Of a stretch of DNA of 64,000 nucleotides, positions 12,048 through 24,860 are shown in pieces. The stretch covers positions 35,942,767 through 36,006,766 of the forward strand of contig JAHRHZ010000289.1 of the NCBI GenBank assembly GCA_024137785.1, in the 5' to 3' direction. The notes under the pieces were generated by a model. The model saw only the letters and a list, made by a program, of their open reading frames with translations, was not told the origin of the DNA and ran no database searches. The stretch comes from Ginglymostoma cirratum (taxonomy: Eukaryota). Position 1 is the first letter of the stretch. Every line of letters starts with the position of its first letter. Made by a program: the position numbers and the translations under genes.

Positions 12048-13619
12048 AACCTCCCCACACCTATAGACCCCTGTAATCTCTTGCCTTGCCTCTCACAGCA
12101 GCCTAGATTATATTGCTTCTGGGACTGGAGATATATTCACTTTCAAGCCCAATAAAATCACTAATATGCCCTTCCTCGCAATGCTCAATGGTCTTATGAT
12201 GTGAGGCATCTGGTAGTTGAGGGTGGGTGGGGGGGACAGTGAATGACCGAAGCTTATTCCAAACTGTGGGAGTTGGGCTGCTGAGCTCACAGTCATTAAA
12301 AATGGAGCAAAGGTAGCTGAGTGCAAAAGTCTTAGAGGATTGGAGGGTTCATGGGAGTGAGGTGTTGTACAGATGGTAAAGATGACAGAGATCGATGGAG
12401 AATTAAATACAGCAAGTTAATTTTAAACTTAAAGCATTAAGAGATTGGGATACAAGGTAGCACTGAGGTTATAAAAACAAAAAATGCTCAAAATGTTCAG
12501 CAGATTACCTGTGGAGAAAGAAACAGAGTCAATGTCAGGTCAAAATGATCTTTCTTCAGCTTTGTTATTCAGAGACTCATATAATACACATCCAAATCGA
12601 ATAATTATTGTCTGCCAGTTCCATATATATAAGCTCTACAGCCCATCACCTAAATGCAATTCAACACCCAATTAACATTTTGCAATGTTGACAATTTTTG
12701 CTTCTATGTATTGAATCCTGCAGATTAGAAATGCCTGAAATCTTAACTTCTGGTTTGGACTGAGTTGGGCAGTTTCTAGAATGACTTAATCTCCTGTTGT
12801 TTTCATCACAAAGATAAAGGTGATGCAAAATAAGTTACAAGATGGAAGAACCAAAAATGAGCACTGTCCAGAAAGTAGAGAAGGCCAAAAGAGAGAGGTG
12901 GGCTTTCATACTTTTAAAAAATCTATCATCCACATTCTGCAGGTGTCATTGACTGGGCCAGAAGCCCTTGCAATGTTTATGTTCCTAAGTACATTTGAGA
13001 GAGTGGTGAGGTGTCATCTTGAACCACTGCATTTCTTGTGCTGTAGGTAGACACACAATGCCATTAAGGAGGGAGTTCCCAGGATTTTGACCTAGCAACA
13101 CTGAATGACTGGCAATTTATTTCCAAGTCAAGGATGGTGAATGGCGGGTGGAGGTATTTCCATGTATCTGCTGCTCTTGTCCTTCTCGATGGAAGTTGTT
13201 GAGGATTTGGAAGGTGCTGTCAAAGGAAGCTTAGTGAACTTCTGCAGTGCATCTTGGAAATGGTACGCTCTGCTGCTACTGAGCGCCTGTGGTGGAGGCA
13301 ATGGATGTTTGTAAAAATTGTGCCAATCAAGTGGGCTGCTTTGTCCTATACATTGTCAAGCTTCTTGAGAGTTGTTGGAGCTCCACTCATCCAGGCAGTA
13401 ATCCATCACACTCCTGATTTGTGTCTTGAGGATGGTGCACAAGCAATAAGGACTCAGGAACTGAGTTACTTACTGCAGGATACTGAGCCTCCAACCTGCT
13501 CTTCTAGCCATTGTATCTATATGGCTAGTCCAGTTTAGTTTCTAGTCAATGGAAATTCCAAGGATTCAGTGATGGTAATGCTTTGAAATTGCAAGGGGTA
13601 ATGATTCTATTTGCTCCTG

Positions 13620-13760
13620 TTGGAAAAGAGACAGAGAGGGATGTGAAAGGGGTAGGGAAGTTACATTACTGATTAAAGAGAATGTCACAGCTGCACTAAG
13701 AGCGGACATCTTGGAGGGCGCATCCCGCGAGGCCATATGGATAGAACTTAGGAACTTAGG
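13620..13760 (+). mobile_element. CR1 APE endonuclease fragment
   Basis: Translates to KRDREGCERGREVTLLIKENVTAALRADILEGASREAIWIELRN, resembling the RxDR..GGGVALLIK...EAIWVEL motif. Confidence 0.7.
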
Positions 13761-13817
13761 AAACATCACCTCCAGAACCCCATCTCTGGATTCAGCTCTG
13801 CTTCTGCCACTGCCAGG

Positions 13818-14190
13818 CTGACTTTCCCCAGTCCCATTCAGACTATCCTCAGTCCCACTCCAGCTGTTCACAGTCCTAATCTAACTGCCCTCAGTCCCAC
13901 TCTGATTGTCCTCAGTCCTGATCAGATTGTCCCCAGTCCCGCTCTGGCTGTCGTCAGTCCTACACTGACTGTCCTCAGTTCCACTCTGACTGTCCTCAGT
14001 CCCGCTCCAGCTGTAACGGTACTCAGTCTCCCTCTGACTGCCCTCAGTCCCACTCTGACTCTCCTCAGTCCTGATCTGACTGATCTCAATCCCACTCTAC
14101 TTGTCGTCAGTCCCACTCCAGCTGTAACTGTACTCAATCTCCCTTTAACTGTCCTCAGTCCCAATCTGACATTCTTTAATCCCAATCCCA
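13818..14190. repeat. Degenerate 21-bp minisatellite with 27-bp variant units
   Basis: Consensus CTGACTGTCCTCAGTCCCACT, about 17 units. The variant CCAGCTGTAAC.GTACTCA.TCTCCCT occurs at 14007 and 14118. Confidence 0.9.
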
Positions 14191-17100
14191 ATAGGAGAAT
14201 TGAATCATATTGACCCCCTGACCTAAAGGCAATGGTAGCATGATGGATATACTAGGCCATCACTTTGTGCATTATGTTTGAGTATAATTCTGTTGCTGTT
14301 GGCCCCCATTGCCTCATGGTTGCCCAGTCTTGGGTTGCTAGATCTCTTTGAGTCTGCTTCATTTGGTAGGGTGCTAATGTCACACAATGAGATGAAGGGT
14401 GACCTCAGCATGAAGACAGGGCTTTGTCTCCACAGGCCTGTGCAGTGGTCAATCTTACTGATACACTCATGGACAGATGCATTTGTGGCAGGCAGGCTGG
14501 TGAGCTTGAAGTCAAGTATATTATTCACTTTTGTTGGTTCCCTCACCACCTGCCGCAGACCCAGCCTGGCAGCATATCCTTTAAGATATGACCAGCTTGA
14601 TTAGTCAAGCTGTTGCTGATCAACTGTTGGTGACGGACATTGATGTCTCCTATCTAGTGTACATTCTGCGACCTTGCAATCTTCAGTAATTTTTCCAAAT
14701 ATTATTGAACATGGAGGAGTACTGACTCGTGAGCTGTGGAAGGCAGTGTTATGGTCATCAGCAAACAGCATTTTTTGCCCACATTTTGTGATAACATAGT
14801 GAAGACTCCCAGAGCAACTCCCTCCTGACTGTATACCACTGTCCCACCTCGGCTAGGTTTGTCCTGTCAGTGGGATCGGACATGACATCCATGGCATGGT
14901 TAGTGACGGTGGTGTCTGGGATATTGTCTGCCAGGAATGATTCCATGTGTATAACTATTTCAGGTGTCACTTGACTCATCTATGTAACAGTACTGCTAAT
15001 ATTTGCACAAGCCCCTCGATGTTAGTAAGGAGGACTTTATAGAGTCAACAGTGCTGATTTGGCTATTGTCATTTCCTGTGCCTAGGTTGATGTCAGGTAA
15101 TATGATCAGTTCTATTCCTTTTGTGAGACTTCTTTTGCAGTTTGTTACAATTCTATGGATTGATAGGCTCAAAGAGGTTTAAAAGAGCTTAGCCATCTAT
15201 TTGTCTATTGAAACATCTGAACCTTTGCTTAATTGATAATTTTGTCTGTCTGATCTCTATCAATTTCAAAATGTTTCTTGCACAAGTTAAAGGAAAGTTC
15301 AAGTGACTACAGTTTCATCTATTAAAAATTCAAAGGGCCTGAATAATTGACATCATTATTTCACTATTTCTTAACATAGTAGAAAGTTAGCACTGAATGA
15401 CAGTATTTCAAAAGTCTTTTTTTAACACACTGAACTGTCACTGCTAGGTTCATTACTTCTACGCAGCTTAGAGTAGGTGAATAGGAATGAAAATGCCATA
15501 GGCTATCATGTGGTCATGAGGGACCAGGTGAAGAGCCATATCCTGACATGGGTGACATAAAGAGGACCTTTTGATCTTACCTATCAAAAGTTTCCTAATG
15601 CAGATGATTGTTTATTACAAATCAAATCATGACTCCTTAAAAAACTGGCCTGAATTCATAGAAATTACAGAGAAGCTTTCTGCAATGGAGCTGGTCATGT
15701 TTAGGTTCCCATTTGTTGCCTTGCATCCTTAAAAGGTCTTACCAAAAATTCAAAACCCTAGTAACGTGGTCAGAGATCCTGCCTGCCATTTCTAAAGAGC
15801 TCTCCAGTTATTGTGACATGGTGAAAGTTCAGGCTAGTGTCCTTAAAACAGTGAAGGAATCTGTAAATGTGGATTTGAATGATTGCCAGAGAATGACAAA
15901 TGGGGAATCCAGTGATTGTGGATAGAGGAATGAAGAGAAAGGCAGGGTCCAAACAGTGAAAGTGGCATGCAAGGGCATTGAGATGAATATTACTCAGCAA
16001 AAGCAGGATTTCAAGGTGAGATCCAAAAACTAATGCTCTACATATGAAGAAATTGACAAGTAGGAGGAATAGGAGGTTAAGACCTAGCCAATGACTGATC
16101 ATTAGGGCTCTGGCTATCTGGGTGCATTGTGGTTTGTAAAGTCAAAACAGCAAGAGGAAAATTTGACAAATGGGATAATTAAAGGCCAGTATTATGACTG
16201 TCAGAGTAATGTCGGAGAAACATGAATAAAAAAAAATCTCTTGAAGAATCATATTGGACTTGGGAAATTAACTCCATTTCTCTCTCCACAGGTTTCCAGC
16301 ATCCTCAGCGTTTTGTTTTTATGAGTCAAATAGGGGTGGGTGGGTGCTGTCTCAGAGGTGGAAGAAAACAATCTTGGTTACAAATCAGACGTTATGGTGT
16401 CAAAATTTGAACGCTTTGCTTGTCCTCAGTGTCCCCGGGTTAAGAAGGGAAAATCAGCCAGATTCTGGCAGAAACCTGCAATTTAGTGATAGTCACCAGA
16501 TGTAGCTTAGTTGTGATTTGAATAGTGTACTGACACTCCTCACTTGGGTGCAAAAATGAGAAATAGAAACTTGATCAGGATACACTCAGATCTTTGATTC
16601 TTATGACACAGCGTTCCAACATTAAGCTTCAGGAGCAATGAAGAACGTACTGGAGGGAAAAGATGACCTGTGGTACAGCCATGTGAACATTAAAAGGAAT
16701 AGTCAGATGTTTCCCCCTGCTAATGATGATAAACTATATTCCCAGAGGCTGAATCTTGATCCTATTGATAATTAGTTATCCTTTATGTAAAGTTAATATT
16801 TCTGTCATACAGATGATCTAAGATAACCATTATTTTAAATACCTACTTACGTTTCTTAATTCCTGATGAGGGAGGAACATCGAATCGCAGCATTTAAAAA
16901 AAACTATTCCCTGACCAATGTAAGTGATAAATGTCAAAGTCTTTGAATAAATATATGACCACAAGACTGAATAATCTTTCATTTCTCCCAGTTGGGTTCC
17001 TTCCTCTTATGAAGATATTGTTCCATTCTAAGTAAGATATCCATTAATTCTTAAACAAGGGGCTATTTTTTGTGTGTTACTTTAACAATGAGAGTGGTGC

Positions 17101-18400
17101 ATTATTGGTGGCATAGACATGATTCCTTAAGCTTCATTCATCCCTCACTCACTGACTTTCAATATTTGTCTGATAATACCCAACACCAGACTGACACTTT
17201 CAATTTTAATCCTTTGCATTCATAGCAAAAAATTCTCTAGCACAGGAGAAACAAAACCAAGATTGTGCAGTTCATTTGATAGGTCAATGAGGATCAGTGC
17301 ACAGGTTTCAACTATGTAGAATCTGCATTCATGACTTAGGGAAAGACTCGGAGTAATGTATTTAAATTTGTTGACAAAGCTAGGAGGCAATGTAAGCTGC
17401 AAGGAGGACACAAAGATGCTGCAAAGAGATGAAGACAGGCTGATTAGGTTCAAAGTGACAGATAGAATATAAATGTGGGGATTTTGGAAAAGCATCACAT
17501 TTTTTTAAAAAATCATGAGACTTGTGAATATTGATTTTGAGAAAGACATGGATGTAGCCACACAAGAAGATTGTGGAAACTTGGTAGTTAGGTGAAATAT
17601 TGACAAGAGAGGGGATACAAAGATGAGTTTAACTGTGGCATCCTCCTGGATGGGGCAGAAATGGCAAATGATGACCCTTTAAAAGTAGAGGCTGATATGA
17701 TGTGGTGCCATACTTGTGGACTGGTAACATAACTTTTTGACATGAGTCAATAATTGCCTTTTTGTAAGATAAATGAGTTGACCAATATGCTAATACGGTA
17801 TGAGTGAGTTATCTCATCTTGAAACTGAGCAATATAGACCAAATATGTTGCAGCCTTGCTTTCTAGTCAGGGCTGTATATGTGGGTCTCATTTAAGGCCT
17901 GGTGCAATGACAACTACTGGCTTTAAAGCCTTTGGTCTAGGCCATGCTTGTTACTTCTGTTCACTGCTTAGTCATTTGTTTCTGCTTGACATTTAACAGC
18001 ATTAATCTCACTGAATCATACCATTGGAAACAAACTGAACTGGGCTACACTGTGAACTATGAGAGCAGGTCAGAATCTAGGAAATCTGCAGCAAGCAACT
18101 GCACGTTGTGTGCTATAATATTGTGCACTTGCCTGCATGAAGGCAGCTTTAATAAAGCTCAAGAGGTCCAAAATCATCCAGGACAATGCAGCTCATTCAA
18201 TCAGCGCCACTCCCTCCACCAACAGTGCACAGTGGCAGTAGATACACTGCAGTAACTCCTTACAAAGCTGCAACCGCTGCACTATCCTCACTAGGAAATA
18301 TATTTTTTTTGCTGTCAAGTCTTGGGATTCTGTTCCTAACAGTATTGTGGATGTACCTCTAACCCATCATCTTCAATGGTTCAAGCAGCCAGCTCATCAC

Positions 18401-18634
18401 TGTCGCATTATAACAAAGTTGGCCATGGGACCTCACGGAATATGAGTTTCCTCATTGGGGCCATTAATCCGGTCCAATCAGGGAGCCCTGGCTGACAGGT
18501 ATAAACAGGAGTGCCAGGGATTCTGTTCACTCTGAGAGCTGGCCATGAGGAAGCTGGATCAGTGTCAAGGACTCTCCATGTGTAAATAAAGTGGGTACTT
18601 GGTGACGGGATACTGGCCTCTTAGAGTCATTTCA
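18401..18634 (+). mobile_element. Solo LTR (probably Gypsy-type), 234 bp, inside a decayed LINE
   Basis: TG...CA ends, CCAAT 18474, TATAAA 18500, AATAAA 18585. Flanked by ATCAC/ACCAC, a 5-bp duplication with 1 mismatch. Confidence 0.75.
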
Positions 18635-20247
18635 ACCACCACATTTCTAAGGACAATCAGGCATGAGTAACAAATGATGGCCTAACAAAATAAGTAAAAT
18701 TTTTAAAATGCTTCATAATGTGCATTGGATGAGGAGAGGTTTAGATAGTTCCTTGCTGTATCCCTCTTGAATAATTGGATTGTGTTTTCTCTCCAGGTCT
18801 AATCATACAGGATGGACATTTGATTGAGGTGTAAGAAGACTGACAATGTGCATGCAACTGGTTTTCAGCACAAGCCTTGGCCTCAGGTTGTAAAATAAAT
18901 GGGATAAGGAAAAAGATTAGAAATGAGGTGTTTAAAATCTGAATTTCTAACCCCATTAGAGTTTAGTATGTTCCTTAGATTATGAAAATTAACGACAGAG
19001 GGGTCATTTACGGCAGCAGATATAGTGCCCCTTTCTGATGGCTATTCAGAAATGGAGACTGCACATATACAGTTATGGGATAGAATGGATTCAGCTCTGG
19101 TCTCATACATGACAAGAGAAAATGAAATAAAATAAGAGTAGGTAAAAGTGATACGGAGGGAGAGGGAAGGATGGAAAGAGAAAGGAATTTGAAAAGGTAG
19201 CAACATCCCATATATACAGCTGAAGTGCAGACTTAGCTGGCAGCTCACATGCAGTTTTACCACAGCATGACTGAACAGCCTTCAGCAAGGAGCGAAAGGT
19301 GAAAAAAAACAAAGAAAAGTGGAACAAAGACACACAAAACCAGGAATGATGGCAAAAATTGAGATAGTGTCACTGATCTGAGAGAATTACTGCACAAAAG
19401 GAATATTTTGCAATACAAAGAACAGAATTGCAAATAAATGAGGAAAATAGCAGGGAATTAATAAATTGAGCTGATCAACCAAACAGTCATGTGCAATGAC
19501 ATCATTATCTGCCTAGAAAAGATTCTTGTAAATAACACTGCCATGCTGCGTATGCCTCCTGCTAACTCAAAAGCATATGGTATGAAAACAAATACCCTGT
19601 TAATTCGTTATTTAGAACAGCAGTGTTTTGATCCAACAGATGGCATTCAGTGTGACTACTCATGAGAATGGAATTGTCCACCTGTAACCAAAAAATAACC
19701 AGTGCAGCGCAAATTAGGACAATTAACAGATTGGCTTCCTTGGGGCTAAAGATGGAAAATTTATGAACCTCTGTTTGACACACCATTTTCTGTAACTCAG
19801 TGTTCCACAGCCTGAATTATTTTGCTAAATCGAACTTTCTTCCCTGGAAGGCTTTACTTTGCAGTTCGAATTGTGTCACCGGTCTCAGACCTCATTCGAG
19901 ACAGCACATAACTCATTTAAAAGAAAAATGCCCGCTTGTTTCAACAGAAAGTAGGCCAAAACATTAATGTTTTCCAAAAGATCGACATGTTTCTTCAGGC
20001 CAAAGGGATCAAAGGGTATAGGGAGAAAACAGGAACAGCTCACTGAGTTAGATAATCAGGCATGATCATATTGAATGGCACAGCAAGCTCTCAGGGCTGA
20101 ATGGCCTACTCTTGCTCATATTTTCTATATTTCTATGTTTCTATGTGGTAAAATTCCTTGGAGATCCTTGATCCAATCTCAATCAAATTTGATTGGATGA
20201 CAGCTTGAATAAGGGATGATAGAACATAAGCTTTGGTGGGAGAAGGA

Positions 20248-21636
20248 TAGAAACGTAGAAGATAGAACAGGAGAAGGCCATTCGGCCCTTCAAGCCTGCT
20301 CCACCATTCATCATGTCATGGCTGATCGTCCAACTCAATAGCCTGATCCTGCTTTATCTTCATAACCTTTGATCCCATTCTCCCCAAGTGCTATATCTAG
20401 CAGGCTCACCACTCTTTGGATGAAGAAAAGTCTCTTCATCTCTATCCTGAATGGTCTACCCTGAATCCTCGGTCTGTGACCCCTGGTTCTGGACACATCT
20501 ACCATTGGGAACATCCTCCCTACATCTACCCTGTCTTGTCCTGTTAGAATTTTATAAGTTTCTATGAGATCCCCCCTCACTCATCTGAACTCCAGCAAAA
20601 ACAATCCTAACCTAGTCAATCTCTCCTCATACATCAGACCTGCCATCCCCAGAATCAGCCTGTAAACCTTTGCTGCACTCCCCCGAGAGCGACACCATCC
20701 TTCCTCAGAAAAGGAGACCAAAGGAGACAATATTCCAGGTGTGGTCTTACCAAGGCCCTGTACAACTGCAACAACACATCCCTGCTCCTGTGCTCAACAT
20801 TTCCCGCAATGACGGCCAACGTATCATTTGCCTTCTTTACTGCCTGCTGCACCTGCATGCTTACCTTCAGCGACCGGTGCACAAGGATGCCCAGATCCCG
20901 CTGCATGCTCCCCTCTCCCAATTTACAGCCATTCAGGTAGTAATCTGCCTTTTTTATTTGCTTCCAAAGTGAATAATCTCACATTTATCCAAATTATACT
21001 GCATCTGCCATTGATTTGCCCACTCACCCAACTGTCCAGGTCATGCTGAAGGATCTCTGCAACCTCGTCACAGCTCATCCTTCCACCCAACCTGGTATCA
21101 TGTGCAAACTTGGAGATGTTACATTTTGTTCCTTCATCCAAATCATTAATATGGGGTCCCAGCACCAAACCCTGTGGCACCCCCGAGTTATCACCTGCTA
21201 ATTTGTAAAGGACCCATTAATTCCTATTCTTTTGTTTCTTCTCTGCCAACCAGTTTTCTACCCATCTCAATATACTTTCCCCAATCACATGCGCTTTAAT
21301 CTTGCACAATAATCTTTTATGCAGGAGTTCTGTCAAACGCTTTCTGAAAGTCCAAATATACCACATCGACTAGCTCCGCCTTGTCAACTCTACTAGCTAC
21401 ATCTTCATTGAATTTCAACAGATTTATCAAACATGATTCCCCCTTCATAAATCCAGAAGCAGAGCCATTCAGGTAGTAGTCTGCCTTCTTGCTTTCATTT
21501 CCAAAATGAATAACCTCACATTTATCCAAATTATACTGCATCTGCCATTGATTTGCTCAGTCACCCAACCTGTCCAGATCATGCTTAAGGATCTCTGCAT
21601 TCTCATCACAGCTCACCCTCTCACCCAAGTTGGTAC
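20248..21636 (-). mobile_element. CR1 LINE, RT domain to 3' end, frameshifted
   Basis: Minus ORFs contain VDVVYLDFQKAFD, PQGLVLGP..INDLD..ISKFAHDT, LYRALVRPHLEY and RGDLIETYKI. Confidence 0.92.
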
Positions 21637-21696
21637 CTCTGCAGAAGCAGTGATAGAGTGAGGGAGAGATATCAAAGCGAAGATGATGGCACTTAC

Positions 21697-21933
21697 ACTG
21701 GCAGAATGGAGAAGGTCATTGACCTTAACCCTTCAGTGGTGTGCATTCCTCCTGTGAGCCGAAAGTTCTTTAAGCTGTGTAACATCCTGAGACCAGGCTT
21801 TCACAGTCTGGTGTCATAGATTTCATGTCTGGTCCTAGTCGGGGAAGAAGTACCTTGTGTATACTATCCCATTCAGGAGGACCTCCAAAACCCTGCCCAT
21901 AGAGCAGGGTGCTGATTTACCCCTGTCTGCCAT
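21697..21933 (-). pseudogene. Decayed Myb/SANT-like (trihelix) exon of a PIF/Harbinger-type transposon
   Basis: 79 codons from ATG to a GTAAGT donor with 4 stops: MADRGKSAPCSMGRVLEVLLNGIVYTRYFFPD*...HQTVKAWSQDVTQLKELSAHRRNAHH*RVKVNDLLHSAS. Confidence 0.65.
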
Positions 21934-22969
21934 AATGGGGACAAAATTCAGCATGAGTGCTAGAAATAATGCATTTTAATTGGAAAACTTGAAACAAAAA
22001 AGGTACAATTCCAAAGGGCTGCAGGAGCAGACAGACCTCTATATATGCACAGATCATCAAAGGTGGCAGGACAGGTAGAGAGAGCAGTTGATAAAGTATA
22101 CAGTACTTTCAGCATTATTGATTGAGGCATTGAGTACAAGAGAAAAAAGATTATGTCAAACTGATATAAGACACTCATTAGAGCTGAGCTGGGGTATGGT
22201 ACACAATTTGGATGCCAAGTTATAAGAAGGACGTAACACTTTGAGAGCTAGTGCAGACATGATGGACCAAATGGGTTCCTTCAGAATCTTAACACTGCTG
22301 TGATCCTGTGAGTGTCCTTTGACTTAGTTGTTCAATAACTGTCTGCTCCTGCACCAGTTGTTATCTAAATGAGTTTTCTTTGAACAGATTTGGCATAACT
22401 TGATCTCTCTTGACCTGTTTGTTGGAGATAATTAAACTCTTCCTGCCATTCTAGTAGGTTGAGGCCAAGACATGCAAGCATGCATAAAAGTGAGGTTTCA
22501 TGATTACGATTATGTTTCTACGCTTCACCATCTTACACCCTTTGATTTGCAGAGTTGTTTGTCACATACCTTTAATCCTGAGAGCTGTTTCTTTACAATG
22601 TGAAATGACCTGATAAAATGAGATACTTGTATCAAACCTAAAATTACTATGGTATCCATTGACATAAACAGGCCAAACTTAATTGTTGAAATCATAAAGA
22701 TGCAAATTTCCTCCTGGAATGCATTGTGTATTGTCAATAATACTGGTGGTTCTACCATATTAACACTTTTATGTGAAGGAACCAATTGCTGAACTGCTTT
22801 GTTAAATCTTAATCATTCAAAATTTAATTGTTTTAGTTTGAAGTAATTGTCAAAAGCTTATAGAAATTCAGCAAAAGTGTTTGCAACTTCTTTAACGTCT
22901 TGATGAGTTCAAACATCATCTGCTGTAGATCCTCTTAAATACTGTAGTGTTTGTCCATAAATTTTGTTC

Positions 22970-23445
22970 TTTTTTTATTTATTCATTTTGTGGGCTGTGG
23001 GCATTGCTGTCTGGGCCAGCATTTATTGACCGTCCCTAGCTGCCCTTGAGAAGGTGGTGGTGAGCTGCTTCATTGAACCGCTGCAGTCGAACAGGTGTGG
23101 ATTTATCCACAATGCCATTAGGGAGAGAATTCCAGGATTTTGACCCAGGAACAGTGAAAGAGTGGTGATATACTCCCAAATCAGGATCGTCTGTGGCTTG
23201 GAGGGGAACTTGAAATGTGGTGGTGTTCCCAAATACCTACTAGTCTTATCGTTCGAGATGGAAGGGATTGTGGGTTTGGAAGGTGCTGTCTGATGATCTT
23301 TGGTAAATTTCTGCAGTGCATCTTGTACATAATACTCACTGCTGCTACTGAGCTTTGGTGTTGGAGGAAGTGGATACTTGTGGATGCAGTCCCAATCAAG
23401 TGGGCTGCTTTTTCCTGGATAGTGTCAAGCTTCTTGAATGTTGCT
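22970..23445 (-). mobile_element. L2/CR1-group LINE 3' end
   Basis: Minus ORF reads FKKLDTIQEKAAHLIG...YKMHCRNLPKIIRQHLPNP, with the same tail as 28200-28650. Confidence 0.8.
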
Positions 23446-24355
23446 GTCTTCAGTTTGTTCATCTTATGATTTAACGTCTCACTTGGAAGCAATTGTGGTA
23501 TCTGTTGTCCTCAAGATGTCTAATCCTGTGTTCTATTTGGCCACTGTCTGATATTAACTCTGCCATACATTATCATTTCCCCTGTCATGTCTTCTTAATG
23601 TGATTATTTAATCTGAATTTGAAACTTTTCTAATTCTGTAGCATTTCAACGCTGGGTTAATTCTGAGTTTAAAGGCTTTTTGAACTCTTTTCTATTTGGT
23701 TTCTTATTTCTTCAATATAGCAATGTTGCTTTTCAGTGCTACTTACTGAGGATTTTCTCTTGTTTTTGCATTCAAATAATGGTTTCCTGACCTATGGGAG
23801 AAATATATTCAGGCAAGATGAATGATCTTAATGTCTTTCATAGTCTCATAAACAATGACCATTTTTTTAAGGACTTTTCCAAATAACGCTTGTTGCCTGC
23901 AGCCTTAATAAATTCTTCTCAACAGAACTGTGGTTTAAAATATGGGTTTCCTGGTAATATCATAGCCTCAATAGTCTCCTTACTATCATCATATGTTAGA
24001 ATCTTTGTAATTGATTCTATGTGAAATGCTCATTTATTGCCTTAATTCCAGCTTTACACTTTACCATTGCTGCAACCTCAGTTTCAATTATTTTGGTCTC
24101 TATTTCCTTGTTGTAGCTTTACCTCCTGCCGTTCACTCACTTTGGAGACAAAGCTTATTGTAAGTTGTAAGTACTGCTTTTTAACTTCCAGCTTTCTCAT
24201 CCTGTTATGCACAATTAATTTAAAACTTTTGCTTTTCCTCATTCGGAATTTTTACATTTACTTACAGAGCTCCAATGCCAGTTTGCTTCCTCACAGAACC
24301 TCTAATCAGGACCAGCCACAAACATCTCCTCTTCCCGATTCAATCTGTAACTGTT

Positions 24356-24755
24356 NNNNNNNNNNNNNNNNNNNNNNNNNNNNNNNNNNNNNNNNNNNNN
24401 NNNNNNNNNNNNNNNNNNNNNNNNNNNNNNNNNNNNNNNNNNNNNNNNNNNNNNNNNNNNNNNNNNNNNNNNNNNNNNNNNNNNNNNNNNNNNNNNNNNN
24501 NNNNNNNNNNNNNNNNNNNNNNNNNNNNNNNNNNNNNNNNNNNNNNNNNNNNNNNNNNNNNNNNNNNNNNNNNNNNNNNNNNNNNNNNNNNNNNNNNNNN
24601 NNNNNNNNNNNNNNNNNNNNNNNNNNNNNNNNNNNNNNNNNNNNNNNNNNNNNNNNNNNNNNNNNNNNNNNNNNNNNNNNNNNNNNNNNNNNNNNNNNNN
24701 NNNNNNNNNNNNNNNNNNNNNNNNNNNNNNNNNNNNNNNNNNNNNNNNNNNNNNN
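24356..24755. other. Assembly gap (400 N)
   Basis: Run of N characters. Confidence 1.
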
Positions 24756-24860
24756 TTCCTGCTCCTCTGATGCTGCTTGGCCTGCTGTGTTCATCCAGCT
24801 CTACACCTTGTTATCTCAGATTCTCCAGTATCTGCAGTGCCTACTATCTCTGAAACATCT
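24756..24860 (+). mobile_element. PLE pLTR family 1 fragment abutting the gap
   Basis: TTCCTGCTCCTCTGATGCTGCTTGGCCTGCTGTGTTCATCCAGCTCTACACCTTGTTATCTCAGATTCTCCAG. Confidence 0.85.

Larger units (their letters stand above)
12925..15160 (-). mobile_element. Fragmented L2/CR1-group LINE interrupted at ~13620-14215
   Basis: 12925-13620 is antisense to the 3' part of the 26.6-28.65 kb LINE. Minus ORF 14223-14549 (VREPTKVNNILD) is an APE endonuclease C-terminal motif. Confidence 0.75.

Noticed and set aside
16860-16890. CTGATGAG...GAATC hammerhead-like string
   Set aside because: No stem II pairing and no GAAA core.
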